DNA of 63,779 nt, counting the filler, from Olpidium bornovanus S191 (taxonomy: Eukaryota > Fungi > Olpidiomycota): NCBI GenBank assembly GCA_017911155.1. It is 32 parts of 32 records of this genome, joined end to end, with 100 filler letters (N's around TTAATTAATTAA, not from the genome) between each part and the next. Parts side by side here need not be neighbours in the genome. Positions count along the whole stretch, not along the records: positions 11,533 to 14,153 come from JAEFCI010008890.1; positions 14,254 to 17,391 come from JAEFCI010013060.1; positions 17,492 to 18,824 come from JAEFCI010003359.1; positions 18,925 to 20,985 come from JAEFCI010009931.1; positions 21,086 to 23,553 come from JAEFCI010010763.1; positions 23,654 to 25,073 come from JAEFCI010001254.1; 26 more parts are not named here. One strand, written 5' to 3'. Made by a program: the position numbers and the translations under genes. Each line of letters opens with the position of its first letter. The first letter of the stretch is position 1. The notes beneath the pieces were generated by a model. It was given only the letters and a program-made list of their open reading frames with translations. It made no database searches and was not told the origin of the DNA. Below, one piece after another: positions 11,721-24,249 of this stretch.

Positions 11721-12243
11721 CTTGTGGTGTGGTTAATGGGAGAGGGCTGAGGCAACGGGGCTAAAGCAGGGGGGATCGAGAGCCACGCGGGGGCCAGTCT
11801 CAGCGATCAGGGCGCGAGTCCAAGACGGCGACGGCGCGAAACCCGTTAGGGCGACGGGGCGGGCTGGCCGGGTTCACCGGAGCCGCACAAGAGCGGGATC
11901 TACTGGCCGCGCTGGTAAGCCACCGCGGGGGCGTGGCACGTGGGAACGAGGGTGCTGTTGCGAGGAAATGGAGGACTGTCCGGCCCGGCGACGGGGTGGC
12001 GCCCGACGGGACGGGATGGGCAGTCACGTGACCACCGTTTGGTGCGTAAGACGCGCAGGGGGGCCAGGTAATAAAGCTCGGGGTGTTATTAACGTCACTG
12101 GTAAATACCACGTTAAAAAGTCTGTTTTACTAGGGATAGGCAGACGCGAACCACGCACACAATTCCGCAAATGCCCGCAGTCGGATAATGCAGTATTACT
12201 GTTACAGCGGTGCACGTCCGACGAGGGCATTCTCCCTCGTTCG

Positions 12244-13117
12244 TCACACATTTCCCGACACGAATATGGGTCGCTTCTGCGCCCCGCCGAGATACGGGTT
12301 CAGCGGGTTCGGCACCGGCGGGGGGGCCGGGGCGCGCAGGGGGGCGCCGTACACGACGCTGTCTTCCGCGCCGGGCGGGGGCGGCAGGGCGCCCGAGCGG
12401 TCCGCTTTGTAGAGGAACTGTAGGGAGAACTGCTTCGAGTCCGGGTCCCAGTGCATCCAAAACCGGCCCTCGGACTTGTCTATCTCGCGGGATTGGATCT
12501 TGAAGGCGACGTTCTCGTACGGCTCCGCCGCGAAAATGAGGTACTGCCAAGACCGGTTGGCGGGCTCCACCTTCTGCTCGTAAGCGGACATGAACCGGTG
12601 ACGCGGACGGCCGGCATCCACGACGTTCAACTCCGGGTACTGGATCTGGAAGAGGAGGCCCACCTGCCGCGTGATCGGGTCGCGCACCTTGGTGACCTTG
12701 TAGCCAGGTCGACCGATCTTGATGATGTTCCTCTTCACCGCAGATACACCCGGTCCCGTTCCCGGCCGCGCGGGCAGAGCCAGGTCCCGGTCCCGGGCGT
12801 CGAGGGCGGCGCGCCGCGCAAGGTTGGTCTGGTGCTTCTTGCCCTGCGTGTGGGCAAGGTAGCTCCCCTCGTTCGTGTGCAGAGTCAGGCAAAGTTTGCA
12901 TTCGTACGACCCCAGGTGATTCTAGAGGAGCAGAAGCGGAGGGTTCAACAAAACGGCGGCGGAAAAAGCGAGAGCGCCGGCGCAACCCGCAGCTCCAACG
13001 TACTTTCATGAAATACGGGTCGGTGTCCAGGTTGATCACTTCCAGCGCCAGCTTCCGAAGGCGCTCTCGGCGGTCAACGCTTGTCTCGGCATGCCCGGCC
13101 ACGCCGGCGGAACCGGG
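12244..13117 (-). CDS. SF3A2: Splicing factor 3A subunit 2 (Prp11/SAP62)
   Basis: Exons 13117-13004 and 12921-12244: DRRERLRKLALE..NL..DPYFMKNHLGSYECKLCLTLHTNEGSYLAHTQGKKHQTNLARRAA (matrin-type zinc finger), KIGRPGYKVTK, RHRFMSAYEQKVE, AAEPYE. First exon not located. Confidence 0.96.
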
Positions 13118-14253
13118 CTGTCGAGGAGGTACGCGGGCCGCGAAGGATCAGCGACGCGCGCCGGAAGCTGAAAGCGCTGGAAGAGCCGCGGCCGGACGCA
13201 CACCTTGCTCCCGGCACGGTTTTGGAAACTTTTTGCGCGGTTCGGCGGAAAGAGAAACAGGCGAAAGGCGATGGCGAAAAAAAAAAAAAATTAGGTTTCG
13301 TGGTTTTCGCCGCGGAACGGCGAGGAGACACAATGTCCAAGGAGACGAGGGGGGCGGAGAAGGGGGCGGCGGCTGGAGCGGGCGGCACCGACGCACTCCA
13401 TGTTCCCACGGGCGCCGTGTTCGCTGGGCGGACGGCGGACGGGTGCGAGTGGCGGCGGGGGGTTTTTTTTTTTGCCTCCGGCAAGCAAGAAAGAGAGACG
13501 TTCACTCTTAAGCGGCAGGGCAGAAAAAAATTCCTCTTCAAAAAAAGTAAACAATTAAGGCGTCCAATGCCGCCCCAAAAACCTATTTGTTTCCCAGGGC
13601 GCGCGCGAGAGAGAGAGACGGAGCGAGAGAGAGAGAGCACCGCAGCTCAAACTGGAGGACAGAACCGCAAAAAAAGAAGAAAAAAAACGATTGTGAAAAA
13701 CGCTTTTGCATCTATGCCCTGCGTGGGGGGAGGTGTGGTAGGGGGGCTTTTCTTCGGCAGGGCAAATCACGGCGCAACTCACCGTCGGCACCTCACCGTG
13801 TTTGAGGCGCAACTCACTGTCGGCGACCCTCCGTGAATCAGATCCGTGCGGGTACGGGGAAGCGTAAAAGCGATACCATTTTACTCGGGCTATCACGATT
13901 TAAATGATCAGAATTGCCAGGCCCAGAATGGCATTGGTGATAATGGAGATTGCCAGGGCGTCCACCGCGGAGGCCGCGTCCCGTTGTTGGTTGCGATTAA
14001 AGTCGGCCAAGTTGCCGATTGATAGTTCCTTCCAACATGGTTCTTGTAGCGGGGAGTGAGGAATTCGTGCATAGCTTGAGCTATGCACGTCGATGAAGTC
14101 AACGCGTGTGTCAAGTCTGTCTACCTGTGAATGGGTGTGTATTTAGTTGCGGANNNNNNNNNNNNNNNNNNNNNNNNNNNNNNNNNNNNNNNNNNNNTTA
14201 ATTAATTAANNNNNNNNNNNNNNNNNNNNNNNNNNNNNNNNNNNNNNNNNNNN

Positions 14254-15526
14254 CATGACGCCCCACCAATTCACATCTCGCCCGCATCGGATTCTCAATG
14301 GACGCACTTCGTTCACGGAAATCGTGGTCTCTTTTTGCAGGGTTCCTCGGTTGCACAGCAGGCGGATGGTGAACAGAAAGTGCAAAACGTCCACGTGCCA
14401 AAAGCCTTGCACGAGATGGGCGCTTCGCCCGCCAGCCCATCGAATTTATCCGCGCTCCCTGCGCCGTGGTCCCGGTCAACCTCGACACTGAAGCGCGCTG
14501 CGGCACTGAGCCGTAAAAAGTCCATCTCGAATAACGGCAGCCAACAACCGACTGGTGGGGGACCCACTACGGCCCTCTCAATGGCGGGACCTTTGTCTCA
14601 CGAAAACGGAGTACCGTCATCGCCTTCAAGCAAAAGCCCTATTCGCACAGCTTACAGTGGACCGGGCACTGGAGCGCCAGAGGCCGAACGAGCCACACAC
14701 CTACCCAGACCATCACGCAACGACAGTCTAATAACCCCCGAGATTACCGAGGCCTTCCGGCGCACACCGGCGCAGCAGGTTAACCAGTTGCACGCCCGCA
14801 TTTTCGACGCGCGATCTGTCTTGGGTGCTCCCATAGGCAAAACCCGGCTGGACAGGCAGCGAAATCGTCAATTAGGCGGGCAGCGCTCAAAGGACCGTCA
14901 GTACCGGAGATCTCGTTCTGCGAATTCTCTCCGAGAGAGACCAGTTGGCTGGACGGCAGCAGACAAAAAGAGGAATGGTCATGGTAGGGACCGTTCCAAG
15001 CAGCGCAATCCGGAGCCGGCGAGCAACTTTTACGAGAATGCGAACGTCCGGGGAAGCCACCGTCGTAGGAGCCAAAGCTTGAAAAATCTGAAACCATTAA
15101 AGGTGTGAAACTGTTTGCTGATGTGCATCACTTTGTGGTTAATTGACCAACGCAGTCATCATTCCTCTCCAGATATACTCGGGACCGGACAGCCTGGCAA
15201 CCATCTTGCTGCCGCCCAGCCCGAAACTGTCGGCACGGAGCCCGCTGCGGCGTGTTCCCTCGATGCTATTCCAGGGCCCGCGGACCGCCGGCCCCGCTTT
15301 TGCCCCATTTTCCGCTTCCCAGTTGTCCCTTTTCAGCGCGAGCCCGGGCCCCTCCTTGCAAGTCCTCCTGGCGAAACCGAAGCCATCTCTCGGGCCAATT
15401 GACCTGGAAAGCTTCAACGGATCTGACACGGGAGCTCCCGCGCAGCGCATAGCGACGCTACTCGGTGCAGTAGATATGTGGCTCGAGATCCTTGAGGGCG
15501 GATTTCGCTTATGCGCTTACGGTTAA
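14254..15526 (+). CDS. Hypothetical Ser/Pro-rich protein, 3' part
   Basis: 257-aa open frame at 14335-15108 and a second frame ending ...PAQRIATLLGAVDMWLEILEGGFRLCAYG*. No family recognised; exon structure unresolved. Confidence 0.35.
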
Positions 15527-16236
15527 GGGTGGGCGACCGGCATTTTACTAGGCATACCCTTCCCTTTCCTCCCGGCAGCGTTTTTGGAGCAATTCAAACA
15601 GCAACATTTCGCCGGAATATTTTATATGCAGACGCAATTATCGCATACTCGTATGTTTCTCTTGCTCCCATTATCGTCATCCAATCGGCATATCCCGTCA
15701 TCCGGAATTTCAAAAACGGCGACTTCGAATAATTGAAAAAGGGACCCGTGTTGCTTCCCCTTGTTCGAAGTAGCTTCCATCTAGATTGCGTGTACACATC
15801 AAAAAAACCTGGTGACAGACGACAAAGTGGCATTTGATCTTGCATCTGCCAACAATTTCGAAGGACTGTATTCTCTGTCCTTCGTCGAAAACAGCAGATT
15901 TACTACATCCCGGTGAGAGAGGCTCGCTCACTGATAGCGCCTTAGTTGCCCCCGATTCTAGTTTGGAAAAGTAAAAGCAACTCAGCCGCAAATTCATAGA
16001 GCCTGCAGTACAATCTGCTTCAAATCACGTAGCAAACTCAGGTTTAATGCCTGCAAAAGATTCGTTTTGCTTTAAATTATTTGGGAATTTTGCCGCAAAT
16101 TCCGCCCCAGATAATGCTGTGGATCCTGCAGCAAAATCACGTAACAAATTTAGCCTGGAGGTTTGTCAAGAATCTTGTTGGTAATTATACAGTATACCTC
16201 TTGCAAATTCTGCTGTGAAAGTCTACAGAGCATTTT

Positions 16237-16505
16237 TCTGCTCGTCAACCTCGCATCACCTTACCGTCTACGGAAGCTGAACTTGTCTCTGCCTTCGCTG
16301 CTACGCCAGAACTTATCTGGCTACGTACCTTATTAAGGCATATTAGTAAATCGTCGTCTCCTGCTGTTCTGTTTGTCGACAATCAGGGTGCTGTCGAACT
16401 TGCGATTACCACAGCAAAATCGACCCTCGGTCCAAGCATAGTGACATCAGGTATTTTTTCATACGTGAACAAGCCGCTTTGGGAACAATTAATGTTCAAC
16501 CAATC
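16237..16505 (+). mobile_element. Degenerate Ty1/copia RNase H remnant
   Basis: SARQPRITLPSTEAELVSAFAATPELIWLRTLL...VLFVDNQGAVELA, then a frameshift to PRSKHSDIRYFFIREQAALGTINVQPI (copia motifs STTEAEY, DNQSAI, KHIDIRYHFIRE). Confidence 0.85.
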
Positions 16506-17179
16506 TCCCTTTGGTGTCTTGTGTTGGGCCCAAGGACAGAAAGAAGGCAGGAAGCAAAGGGCGGCAGGAGCCGGTGTGGCGGTTTTATCAGCGGTGTGTC
16601 AGCGCCCGCAGGGGGATGTGGTCCTACCGGCGCTGAGACGTGTATTGCTAAAGTACCGGTACACGCGGAAGGAGCGGTTTATCGATAGATGCGCGTGGGG
16701 TGCTGAGTATCGGTGAGAGACGATGACCGGAGAGGGAGGGCACCCAAAGGGAAAAAACCGTTTCGGAAGAAGGGGGGGTAGCTCTTTTAACTGAGGGGGA
16801 AGGAGGGCAGGGACGAGCTTCCACGACGTGACGTGGTTACCGCGGGACGCGTTCTAATTCAATCCCGTTTTCCCGGGGCGCAATTTCTCTCGAAGGGTGG
16901 GGGGGGGGGGAATAAACTGATCGGTGTGCGCCCCTGCCGGTGGCTCCCCGGTCGTATAGCCTATCGGTGGGATTCAGTGAGGCGCATATGAATGTCGTCC
17001 GCCCGCAAGGGTGAAAACCGCTCCACACCCGCCCCTTCTCGTCTAGTAGTGTAACGAACCGACGAGTGATAATTCGAGGGTGAGCCCACGGGCGGAACTC
17101 AGAGGTTGTTTTGGCTTGACTCGTCGTATCAGCGGCCGATGATGTTTAAATGGAGGCGGGGTGATTGGTGAAAACCCCT

Positions 17180-17237
17180 CCAGTTTCCTCCACCCATCCG
17201 GCAGTCTTCCAGTTTCCTCCACCCATCCGGCAGTCTT
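17180..17237. repeat. 29-bp tandem duplication
   Basis: CCAGTTTCCTCCACCCATCCGGCAGTCTT twice (17180-17208 and 17209-17237). Confidence 0.95.
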
Positions 17238-17693
17238 CTTGCCCTTCCTCCGGGCACCCCACTAATTCGCCATGGTCGTTCCCCTTCGAGTCGACCCTGT
17301 CACTGGCCCCCACGCACAATCGGCGGTGGAACCGGGAGCAGCTCGATTGACTGGCACGTCGTACGAGTAGGATTATCGATCGATGGGCGTCNNNNNNNNN
17401 NNNNNNNNNNNNNNNNNNNNNNNNNNNNNNNNNNNTTAATTAATTAANNNNNNNNNNNNNNNNNNNNNNNNNNNNNNNNNNNNNNNNNNNNGAAAGGACG
17501 GATAAGAATACTTAGGATTTGATATAATTGTATCGCGTGTGTGTGCGCTTTTCGTGTGCGTGCTCGCTAGACGGTTAATTTTCATTTCGCTCCGGGGTAC
17601 CTTCTCGCATCCTCCCCCTCTCAACCATCCGGCTCGCCGTTTCCTCGTTCTTTCCAGTTTTAGGTTTTTTTTTTTCCGAAAAGTGCCCAACTT

Positions 17694-17732
<39 letters not shown>

Positions 17733-18344
17733 CCTTTCTTTCCGCGCCCGCGGCCACCTGCCTCCTTTTTTTGGTTTTGTTCCGCTTCAGGATTGGTGGG
17801 CGGCAAGGGAGGGGGAGGGGGGGGTGTCTCGGCGTCGCTCGATCTTGAATTTTGCTGGAGGGGTTTTTTTTTTTGTTTTGCCCGGCGCGCCGCGGTCATC
17901 TTCCGGCTACCCGCTTCAGGCAAAAACGCGGGCAAAACATGCGGTTTTGAGTGGCCGGCGCCCTGCTCGGGGAACCCCTCCCCCCCGCCGCTCTCGGGCC
18001 AGCGCGACCGTTTTTTTTTTTTTTTTTTTTGCGGGGTTGGGGGTTGGGGGGGAGGGGGTGGCGTCAATCTGCGCGCTGCCAGCGGGCGTTCCAGCCCGCG
18101 TCTGCCAACGAGCTCGAAGGGTCAGAACGCGTAGGTTCGCACCCGTCGTCCCAGAATGGAGACTGGGCCGACGCCGGCGGTGGAAACGAGAACGGGTGGT
18201 CGGTCTCCGGCGGCGAGGGCGACGCGGAGCCCAGTGACGACCAAGACGCGTAGAGGGACGCCGAGAAGTAGTCGTCGACGCCGGCGTCGTCGAGCGGGTC
18301 GTACGGGCATGCCGGGGAGTTTCAAAATCTTCCACATGGATCCG

Positions 18345-18630
18345 TCTTGCCAGTGGCAAGTGATCAGGTTTGGGGTGAAGAAAATACTATTAGTACTACT
18401 TTCGCGTTTTTTTTTGGGGTGCTGCGTTCTCAGCATCCTGTGGTTGGATCTAGCAGCACTTTGCCTCATTGAAAAGCCTGTGTTGAGTACTATAAGTGTG
18501 CGAAGTTTTAAAATTTCACGCTTCGGTCTTGCTTGCTGGTGGCAAGTGATCAGGTTTGGGTAGTAGTGAATACTATTATTGGTACTACACTCGCGTTTTG
18601 CTTGGGGGTGCGTTCTCAGCATCCTGTGAT
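18345..18630. repeat. About 95-bp imperfect direct repeat, 186-bp spacing
   Basis: GTGGCAAGTGATCAGGTTTGGG...ATACTATT..GTACTAC..TCGCGTTTT...GCGTTCTCAGCATCCTGTG, starting at 18353 and 18539. Confidence 0.85.
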
Positions 18631-19129
18631 CGGCTCTGGCAGCGTGGGGCCGGCGGCGGGCCCCGGTGTGCCCGGCCGGCGGCGCCCGGTTGCTCGCCTT
18701 CGGCATGGTAGCAACGCACAAGATCTAGACCCCGAATTAAAAACAAAAAAATATCCCTCCATACCACCACGACCAAGACGCATAACACGGCTCCGGCAGG
18801 AATTATGCCCGAAATCGCGTCATANNNNNNNNNNNNNNNNNNNNNNNNNNNNNNNNNNNNNNNNNNNNTTAATTAATTAANNNNNNNNNNNNNNNNNNNN
18901 NNNNNNNNNNNNNNNNNNNNNNNNCATGGCAATAAGGCCAATGCGCAATGAGAACAACGTCTTCGCGAGATGAAAATGGGGTTTGGGGAGGGGCGCCGCC
19001 GGAAGTGGGGCGTCCGGACGCAGCCGGGCGTGCGCGGCAAATGTGCGACGCGCGCCTTGGCGACATCGCAAACGGGCAGGGGGCCCTGGCTCGCATTCCA
19101 AAAAAAAACACGCACCCTGTCTCGTGGGT

Positions 19130-20320
19130 CTCCCGCTCCACGAGATGGTCGGGACCGAATCGGCCTCCGCCGAATCGCTCAGGTCGCTGTCGGAGGAGAA
19201 GCCGAAGACACCGTCGTGCTCGGCGTTTGGATCTTCTAAGCACTGGTGGTATTTGGCGGCGTATTCGCTGATCACGGCATCTGTCGGGGGCCTGTGGGCG
19301 ACGAACGCCGGTGAGGGGTCCTGTGGAGGTCTGCTCCGCTCTGTGTCACTGGAAGTGTTCTGCCTGGAGGCTCGGAGGACAGGGGACTCGGGCACTGCAG
19401 TGGTGTTCCTCGACACGCTCTGCGAGTTTTGCCTCTTGTTCGTCTTCCCGGATCGCGTGCGCTTGTTACAGAACCAGGCTTCGCGGTTGGGGAGGGGGTG
19501 GAGGGGTGCCGTGAGCGGTGAGCGGTTGTGAGGGGAAGGGGGGGCGGGGGCCAACCCGGCGGAACCGGATCCGGACAAAACGCACTGTTTATCTGTTTGT
19601 ACTGGCGGTTAGTTGCCGCCGCCAACTTCCAGCGAAGCTCGCTGCTGGGATTCTGAGTGGGACGAGCGCGCAAACCCAGGCGTGAGCGCGCAGGCCCAGG
19701 CGTAAGCGCGTGGCGGGGGGGGGGGGCCGGGGGGGGGACAAAACTATTTGGGAAAAGCGGGGGGGGGTAGGGAAAGTGGCCTCTCCGCCTACCGCGTTCA
19801 CGGCGAACACGCTGTTGAGCAGTTCGTCGGCCTGTTCTTTCGTCAGGGCCTGGGCGGGCGTGCGCGAGAGGACGGCGTTGCAGGCGTCCTGTGCCTTCGC
19901 GCACACTTCGGCGACGGCCTGATCGAGCCTGGCCTGGTAATACTGTTCGAGCTTGTAAGTGAACAGCGGGTTGCCGTACTCGAAGGCCTCCTTCCCGTTG
20001 GCGATCAGCTGCTTGCGCCGGCCGAGATCCGCCCTGAGTTGCTGCCAGACCTTGAGTATGAGCTGGTTGCGGATAGCGAGGACGGCGTGCAGCTGCTCGC
20101 CGACGCCGCCGTCGGAGTCGGGCGGGAGGCGCTGCTGGTCGTGGTGCTGGATCAGGCCAAAGTCGTACTCGCTCTGCTCTATGCCGCACGAGGGGCCGAC
20201 GCCGAGGGCGCGCAGCTCTTCCGGGGTGAGCCCCCGGGGGTGGCCGTCGGGCGGGCCGAGGCGGTCGAGGATATTCTCGAGGAGATCGGTCGCCCTGCGG
20301 GCGCCGTCGAGGTCGGCCAT
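19130..20320 (-). CDS. Hypothetical protein (helical N-terminal domain, then low-complexity region)
   Basis: ATG at 20320 opens a GC3-rich coding-like frame (MADLDGARRATDLLENILDRLG...AIRNQLILKVWQQLRADL...AFEYGNPLFTYKLEQYYQARL), followed by a probable second exon at about 19470-19130. Family not recognised. Confidence 0.55.
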
Positions 20321-20686
20321 AACCAGCGCAGGGGCAGGCGCTGTCCGACGTGGGGGAGAAAGGGAGAAAGGGAGGAAGAGGGGGGGGGCGGGGGGAAGAC
20401 TGGGAGGCGGGCGGCGAACGGCGGCGACCAGGTGCGTCGGAACAGACGCCGGGGCTAAGGGGAGGGAAAAGGACGGCGGAAGCGGGGGCCGCGGAGGTGA
20501 GAGGAGGAGGACAAGGAGGAGGCGGGGAAAAGGCGGCTGGCGTCCGGCGGCGCGGGCGGGGGCAGTCTGGGGCGGAGGGGTGGGCGCCTTCCGGCGGCGG
20601 CGGCGGCGGCGGAGAGGTTCACAGCAGACGCAGCAGGGAGCGTGCGGCGGGACAAAGGCAGAGAGAGAAAGAGAGAAAGAGAGAGA

Positions 20687-20726
<40 letters not shown>

Positions 20727-22968
20727 GGGGGAGAGAGAAAGATGCAAAGAGCGGAGACGACGGAGGAGGAGGCGGAGGCGGACGCAGCAGCCTGCGGGCG
20801 GCGAGGAGCACGGAGAGGAGACGGTTAGAGAGGAGGGCGGGACCAATTCGGCGACGACGGACGCAGCTCTCCGGGTGGAGAGTAAGGCGGAGGCGGATTT
20901 TCTCCGAGAGTGAGGGACCTGGAGCTTAGCGGCTGTGCCAGGAACTGAAATGCATCGGGATCAAAACGGAGGCGCCTGCCGTCGCNNNNNNNNNNNNNNN
21001 NNNNNNNNNNNNNNNNNNNNNNNNNNNNNTTAATTAATTAANNNNNNNNNNNNNNNNNNNNNNNNNNNNNNNNNNNNNNNNNNNNATCAGACCGAGAGTA
21101 CCAGGCTAAACGGTGAGAGATACTCCAAAACAGGTGTGTCTAAAACGAGGACTGCCAGGATCAAGTGAAGTCCCGAAATACTGTATAACTTCGTAAAATC
21201 CACATGGGCGTTTTGCTGTGAAAGCAGCCATGCGCCCCACTTGCCTAACGCACGCGGCCGGCTGGATGACATCACCGTCAAATTGAATCAGCCGGTACAG
21301 GCGCACTTGCCCCCCCCCCACCTCACGGGGTCGCCTCGCGGGACGTTCTTCTCGAGAGCGAGGACCCACCGATGCTTTGGAAGACCTCGTCTGCGCGGCC
21401 GCGTTGAAGCCGTGGCAGAAAATTCCCCGTTGCAGAGGAACGTAGTCAGGCGCTCAAGGGCGCCTCTCGTGCGCGCCCGCGCGCGCGCGCAACGAGAACC
21501 GTGCGCTCTCGAGCGCGAACCGGGCGTGGCACCACCCCCCCCCCCCGCCTTCGCCTGGGGGGCGCCCGGCGCTTTGTGTGGAGAGGAGCCAAGCCCCGGC
21601 GAGAACCAAGTGCGAGTTGTTTTTTTTTTTTTGTTCTGTGCCTCCAAGAGCCGCGGTTGATCTCGCGTACCGCGCGCGCTGGAGACAACTTGGAAAAGCG
21701 CCCAAAAAAAAAAGGCTTCAAGGTTTGTCAGGTTGAGATTCGGCATCTCGTTGCAAAAATCGACGTGCCGGCCGCCGCGACCGGCTTTGCCAAATTAGTC
21801 GAACAAACTGTTTCTGGTAACCGGGCTGCAGCAGCCCGACCGGAATCGCCGAATGGACGCCGTAAAGCCGGGCCGTCCTTACCGTGGCACGTGGTTTGCT
21901 CCCGAAAGACGGCCGACCGGAAATCGCGCCTTTTCCGCTCCCTACTGCAGAGCCCATGTTATCTTTTTGCCATTTTTTACTGCTGCGCCGAGCCTGCGCG
22001 GGTGTCAAATCTTCACGTGGGCCGACAGGATGGGGGAGGGGGGGGGCGGCTACATGGCGGATGGAGGCGGGAGCAGCTGCTAGGGCCCACGTGACATCCA
22101 CTGGTGACGTGCCAGATTCCAAAGTCTGGGACCGTTCCAACGCCTGAGGACAACTGGGAGCGGGATGTCGGACAGAGAAGCGCGATGGGATGGGTTGGAA
22201 CCGTATTTCGTGCTGTCACACCTGTGCTTCATTCGCGGGCCCTGCGTAATTCGCGTGTGTCTCCAGTCAGCTCGCATCGCGGTGCGCAGGTGTTTGCCTG
22301 GCCCACTTAAAACTCCAGGGCTCCGCCCCGCCAACGTCTTCTGCCTTTTTCGACTCATCTTTAGAAAAAAAACAGGGACAAGCCCCCCACCCGTCCTCTC
22401 CTCTCACTCGTCCGACCACCCGCTCCTACTGCTTCTAAGCTCACAACCCCCTTTCCGCCACGTCACACGAAGACGGGGGACGTGTCGGTTCCACGAGAGA
22501 TCTTTCGGCCCTCGTTGGTTCTATTTTACGATAACCCGGCGGGCCCCCACGAGCCTTTAATCGTCGAGCGCGCTGCAAACGAACCGGCCGAGCGAACTTA
22601 CCCACAACCCTGCTGCTGATATCTGGGAGAGAATCAGACACGCAGCATCCTGGAGCCAGGGCCACCCACTGGGCCACCAGACTCGTCCAAGCGGCGGTCG
22701 TGTGAAAGGGTGGTCCTCCCGCCCCGCTCAAGCGCCAGGATAACCTGTCTGAAAGCAGGAACACGATCCGGGAGTAAGGTGGGGGTGGGGGAGGGTGGAA
22801 GGGGGGGGGGGGAAGATGCAGCCGGTTACTGCGTGAATATCCCCCACGATGGCCACGTGAGCACGCAAATACTTGTGTTTCGTATTATTTTTTTTTGTAC
22901 ACCACTCAGACGCAGCTCTCGATTCATGGAGCCTCGCTCGAGCATTTCTATTAAAACAAAAACAAATT

Positions 22969-23553
22969 CTAATCTTCTTTGAGTCTCTGTGGTCCGTCGA
23001 CAGGCTGCTTGTTCTGCACCTTCCTGGCTTTCGGGTGTTGCCTGAGGGCCTGGGTGGCAAACTTGGCGCCGAAGATCACCACGAGCCCTACGTGGCCAAT
23101 CCAGCTGACTGCCGCGAGCATGGGAGCAATCACACGCCACCTGAGGGCGTCGAACTGCGCGGCCGAGTAGAAAAGCGCGCTGGTCGTGAGCACCCAGCAT
23201 GCGGCGTTGCTCGCCAGCGTCAGCGCCCGGGCAAGTGCCGGGTTGTGGGTGCGGGAAATGAACCCGTCGATCGCCGGCCGCGTCATAGCCTTCAAATTTC
23301 GCTCGGCCTCCACCTGCAGAAACTCCAGGAAGAAGGCACAGAAGTAGCCGGCGTGCGTCCCGTGCCAGATAGCGAGGAAGAGGAGGGTGCCGGCACTAGA
23401 AAGGTGCTTGTTGTTCAAGAAGCGAAGGCTGCGAAAAAGATAAATGCGGGCTTACTTAACGTTGAACCCCAGCAGATGATTGAGGACTCAAACGCAGCAC
23501 GTTTGCCCTACCGTTTAAAGACATAGTTCTTGGCCCAATTATTCGTGTTCATG
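22969..23553 (-). CDS. MBOAT lysophospholipid acyltransferase (LPCAT3/ALE1 family), C-terminal fragment
   Basis: Exons 23553-23512 and 23428-22969: MNTNNWAKNYVFKRLRFLNNKHLSSAGTLLFLAIWHGTHAGYFCAFFLEF, with the MBOAT catalytic His in WHG. Confidence 0.9.
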
Positions 23554-23653
23554 NNNNNNNNNNNNNNNNNNNNNNNNNNNNNNNNNNNNNNNNNNNNTTA
23601 ATTAATTAANNNNNNNNNNNNNNNNNNNNNNNNNNNNNNNNNNNNNNNNNNNN

Positions 23654-24191
23654 ACGGCGAGAGCGATGTCCGAGGCCAGGAACTCGGACTCGATCTGGGA
23701 GGGCAGGCTCTCGATCAGGGCGGCGTGCGGCTTGTTGGCCTCGTCGCTGAACTTGATTTCCATCCTCTCCATGGCCTCGAGTATGACCCGCATCGACTGC
23801 ACGGTGTTGGAGAATATGATCTCCTTAAAGCCTTCTCGCTCGTCGTTGCTGTAGCCGCCGTCGTGGATCATCTTCATCTGCTTGAGGATGGTCGACTTGC
23901 CGGACTCCCCGGCTCCTAAAGGCGGTGTGGTAAAAGGTGCGGGTGCGGGGCGGCGGGCAGTCAGCTTGACGGGATTAACGAGTGGGTTGCTTGTTGGGAA
24001 GAGCTGGGTTGCTTGTTGGGAGGAGCTGCCGAGGCACTGGGGGCCCCGGCGCACGGGCCACGGGCGCACGCACCGAGCAGGAGCATCTTCACCTCCTTGC
24101 TCGCGGCCAGCTTGTCTTTCTTCAGCTGGTTCTCGATCTCCTCGTTCTTCTTGCTGTTCTCCTTCTCCTCCACGCTTTGTGAGCACCCCAT
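23654..24191 (-). CDS. GPA1: Heterotrimeric G protein alpha subunit (group I, Gi-like), N-terminal fragment
   Basis: Exons 24191-24074 and 23915-23654: MGCSQS (myristoylation/palmitoylation motif), [23 protein letters not shown] (P-loop). Confidence 0.96.
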
Positions 24192-24249
24192 GTTTTCTCT
24201 TTTCTTTGCGTCCTATCCACTTCGTTTTTTTCTTTCTGCGCTCTTTCAG

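Noticed and set aside
18353-18450. tRNA or SINE origin of the repeat (TGGCAAGTGA resembles an A-box)
   Set aside because: No proper B-box (GTTCRANNC) and no acceptor stem found.
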